From positions 1 through 47,965 of the IMG/VR virus record IMGVR_UViG_3300030372_001880: a stretch of DNA of 47,965 bases, one strand, 5' to 3'. This stretch comes from a virus (taxonomy: Duplodnaviria; Caudoviricetes). The notes beneath the pieces were generated by a model. It was not told the DNA's origin. It worked only from the letters and a program-made list of their open reading frames with translations, and searched no databases. This document shows positions 45,371 to 47,965 of this stretch, piece by piece. Both the position numbers and the translations under genes were made by a program. The first letter of the stretch is position 1. Each line of letters opens with the position of its first letter.

Positions 45371-46485
45371 TGGCAACATATTTAGTATTAACAAATAGAG
45401 TTTTAAACGCACTAAATGAAATAGAAATGACTTCTGCTAATTTTAGTAGTAGTCGTGGAATACAAACTGCAGTTAAAAATTTTGTTAATCGTTCATTACA
45501 TGACATATACAATGAGTTAGAAGAACTTCCTAGTTTACATAATGAAACATTTTATGATACTAATGCAGGTCAAAGAGAGTATAATTTACCTACTACTAAC
45601 TTTCCACAAACAGGAGACAAAGAATGGCGTAAAATAGATTGGGATACAATATATTTAAAACCAAAAGAATTAGTAACAAATGGTGAATTTACTTCTGATA
45701 TTAGCAGTTGGACTACAATAGCAGGTGAAGGTTCTGCATCATATAGTTCTACAGGTAATGGCAGACTATTGTTAAATGATTTTGCGGCACATCAATCATT
45801 CAGCACTAGTAAAAATACAGTGTATAGATTACAAGTAAAAGTTTATGATTCTAATAGTACAGGTCAAGCATTAAAGGTACAAGTTGGCACTGCGGCAGAA
45901 GGAACGCAAAATTTAAATACAACATTAACTGTAGAAGATTTTGGTGAAGGTGCTATATTAGATACACAATTTACTGCAACAGCACAAACAACTTTTATAA
46001 CTTTAAATAACCCATCAACTGCAACTAATATGCTAGTTGATTATGTTAGAATATCTAGAAACATAAATCCAAAAAAATTAAGATATATATCATATGATGA
46101 TTATATTAGACATTATGCAGAAAGAGATAAAGCAAACTTAAGCTCTTCTCAAAGAGAACCAAATAGTGTTTACAAAACTCAAAGTGGTAAGTTAGGACTA
46201 AGTCCAATACCAGACAGAAACGATTACTCAATAGTTATAGAATATTGGAATGAGCATACAGAATTATCTGCTCATGGTGATGAACCAGATTTAGATGACA
46301 GATATGCAGATTTAATTGTATCACGAGCAAGCTATTATGCATATAATCTTCGTTCTGACCCAGAACATGCATTGATGGCTAATAGAGAGTTTGAAAGAGG
46401 TTTAAGAAGATTACGTTCTGATTTAGTAACTAAAGAAGAATATATGAAAGATGAAAGAGTTAATCTTCGAGTGAGTATGTATTAA
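45370..46485 (+). CDS. Head-tail adaptor (tail tubular protein A-like) with inserted carbohydrate-binding-like module
   Basis: TYLVLTNRVL..LNE N-terminus and LSPIPD...Y C-terminus; insert ELVTNGEF...W...VDYVRI. Confidence 0.65.
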   Translation: MATYLVLTNRVLNALNEIEMTSANFSSSRGIQTAVKNFVNRSLHDIYNELEELPSLHNETFYDTNAGQREYNLPTTNFPQTGDKEWRKIDWDTIYLKPKELVTNGEFTSDISSWTTIAGEGSASYSSTGNGRLLLNDFAAHQSFSTSKNTVYRLQVKVYDSNSTGQALKVQVGTAAEGTQNLNTTLTVEDFGEGAILDTQFTATAQTTFITLNNPSTATNMLVDYVRISRNINPKKLRYISYDDYIRHYAERDKANLSSSQREPNSVYKTQSGKLGLSPIPDRNDYSIVIEYWNEHTELSAHGDEPDLDDRYADLIVSRASYYAYNLRSDPEHALMANREFERGLRRLRSDLVTKEEYMKDERVNLRVSMY

Positions 46486-47965
46486 TGCCTAATACTTCTC
46501 AAATAGCCCCTACAGTAGTTAGTTGTTATGGAGGACTTGTATTAAATAAAGATATATTTTCTATGAGACCTGGAGAAGCATTACAACTTACTAATTTTGA
46601 ACCAGATATAGCAGGTGGTTACAAAAAAATGTTAGGAACAACACATTACAATAGTAATATTGTACCACAAGTATCTTCATCTAGTGAGATTGTAGATATG
46701 GTTGCAATATTTAATGACATAGTATTAGCGGCTAGAGGTGGCACTATATCTCGTGCAGGCACAACTGGTTCATGGACTTCTGTAGCTACAGGTAAAAGCA
46801 CATCATTTAGATATGATTTTGAACGTTATAATTATAATGGCACAGAAAAAATAATGATAGCAACTGGCGGAGATGCGGCTTTTTCTATTGACACTTCTTT
46901 CAACGTTGATATAATAAATGCAACAGATGGTGGAACTGCTCCAACAAATCCAAAGTTTGTAGCATCATTTAAAAATCACATGTTTTATGCGGGCATGTCA
47001 AACGCTATATCTAGCGTAATATTTTCTGGCCCATTTGCAGAAGATGATTTTAATACTGGGGCAGGAACAATAAAAGTTGATACAACAATTGTTGGACTTA
47101 AAGTTTTTCGTGAAGAATTATTTATATTTGGTGAAGACAGAATATTTAAAATAACTGGCTCATCAAGTTCTGATTTTGCTGTTGTACCAGTTACAAGAAA
47201 AATTGGTTGTGTAGATGGTAAAAGTATTCAAGAAATAGGTGGTGATTTAATTTATTTAGCACCAGACGGACTTCGTACTATTGCAGGTACAGAAAGAATT
47301 GGTGACGTAGAATTAGGTACAGTATCAAAACAAATACAAGATAGAATTGCAGATATTGGAACAGATAATATTACATCTACTATCATTAGAAGCAAATCAC
47401 AATATAGATTATTTTTTCCAGAAACTGCACAAGCAGAAATATTAGCAAAAGGAATTATATCTGTATTAAAAGCAAATCCAGAAACAGGAACATTAGGATT
47501 TGAATATGCAGATTTAAAAGGTATAAAACCTTCTGCAACTGACTCGTTTTTTGTAGGTGATACAGAAACAATAATACATGGTGGATATGATGGTTACGTC
47601 TACAAACAAGAATCTGGTGGAGTTTTTACAAGAGAGTCTGACACAGATACTATAATAGGATTTTACCGCTCTCCCGATATGTCGTTAGGAGACCCAGGTA
47701 TAAGAAAAAGTATGCAAAGAGCTTTAGTCAACTATAAAGTTGGTGAAGCCATAGATACAACAAATCAAACATTTAGATTAAGATATAATTTTGATGATAC
47801 AGATACACCACAACCAGATGCATATTCATTTTCGTCAGCAACTGTTGCGGCGTTTTATAATAGTGGTACCTATGGAGTATCAGCTTACGGCTCATCTGGA
47901 TTTCCATTAGAGAGAATATCTGTGGAAGGTTCTGGGTTTGTTGTAGCATTTAAATTAGAAGACCA
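46485..47965 (+). CDS. Tail nozzle / DNA stabilisation protein (3'-truncated); not in ORF track
   Basis: TAATG start MPNTSQIAPTVVSCYGGLVLN...NFEPDIAGGY; beta-propeller-like segments (FKNHMFYAG, IGCVDGKSIQEIGGDLIYLAPDGLR); reads open to the window end. Confidence 0.75.
   Translation, partial: MPNTSQIAPTVVSCYGGLVLNKDIFSMRPGEALQLTNFEPDIAGGYKKMLGTTHYNSNIVPQVSSSSEIVDMVAIFNDIVLAARGGTISRAGTTGSWTSVATGKSTSFRYDFERYNYNGTEKIMIATGGDAAFSIDTSFNVDIINATDGGTAPTNPKFVASFKNHMFYAGMSNAISSVIFSGPFAEDDFNTGAGTIKVDTTIVGLKVFREELFIFGEDRIFKITGSSSSDFAVVPVTRKIGCVDGKSIQEIGGDLIYLAPDGLRTIAGTERIGDVELGTVSKQIQDRIADIGTDNITSTIIRSKSQYRLFFPETAQAEILAKGIISVLKANPETGTLGFEYADLKGIKPSATDSFFVGDTETIIHGGYDGYVYKQESGGVFTRESDTDTIIGFYRSPDMSLGDPGIRKSMQRALVNYKVGEAIDTTNQTFRLRYNFDDTDTPQPDAYSFSSATVAAFYNSGTYGVSAYGSSGFPLERISVEGSGFVVAFKLED

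Overview
Most of the genome (apparently circularly permuted) of an AT-rich (about 30% GC by eye) tailed phage resembling the marine HMO-2011-type podoviruses: the family A DNA polymerase carries that group's DnaJ-like CxxCxGxG zinc-finger insert. The + strand holds the late arm: small basic proteins, terminase, portal, scaffold, capsid and tail adaptor/nozzle (32823-47965), then tail fibre, internal virion proteins and a membrane/lysis module (1-18151). The - strand holds the early/replication arm (31868-18138): primase, helicase, polymerase, SSB-like protein and nucleases. I found no integrase, RNA polymerase, tRNA or CRISPR array. The strongest signals are non-coding: (1) a ~260-nt highly structured RNA with its own consensus promoter and terminator upstream of primase; (2) a 22-aa hydrophobic peptide gene whose leader is matched by a cis-antisense promoter and by a distant ~70-nt small RNA; (3) a control region with alphaproteobacterial LexA-type boxes, DnaA boxes, ssDNA-type hairpins and repeats; (4) a structured late leader with a possible pseudoknot. 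I also found short ORFs missed by the ORF track, including a metallothionein-like peptide, and restriction-site avoidance that breaks down in the tail-fibre cassette. All family assignments come from motif recognition, not database searches.
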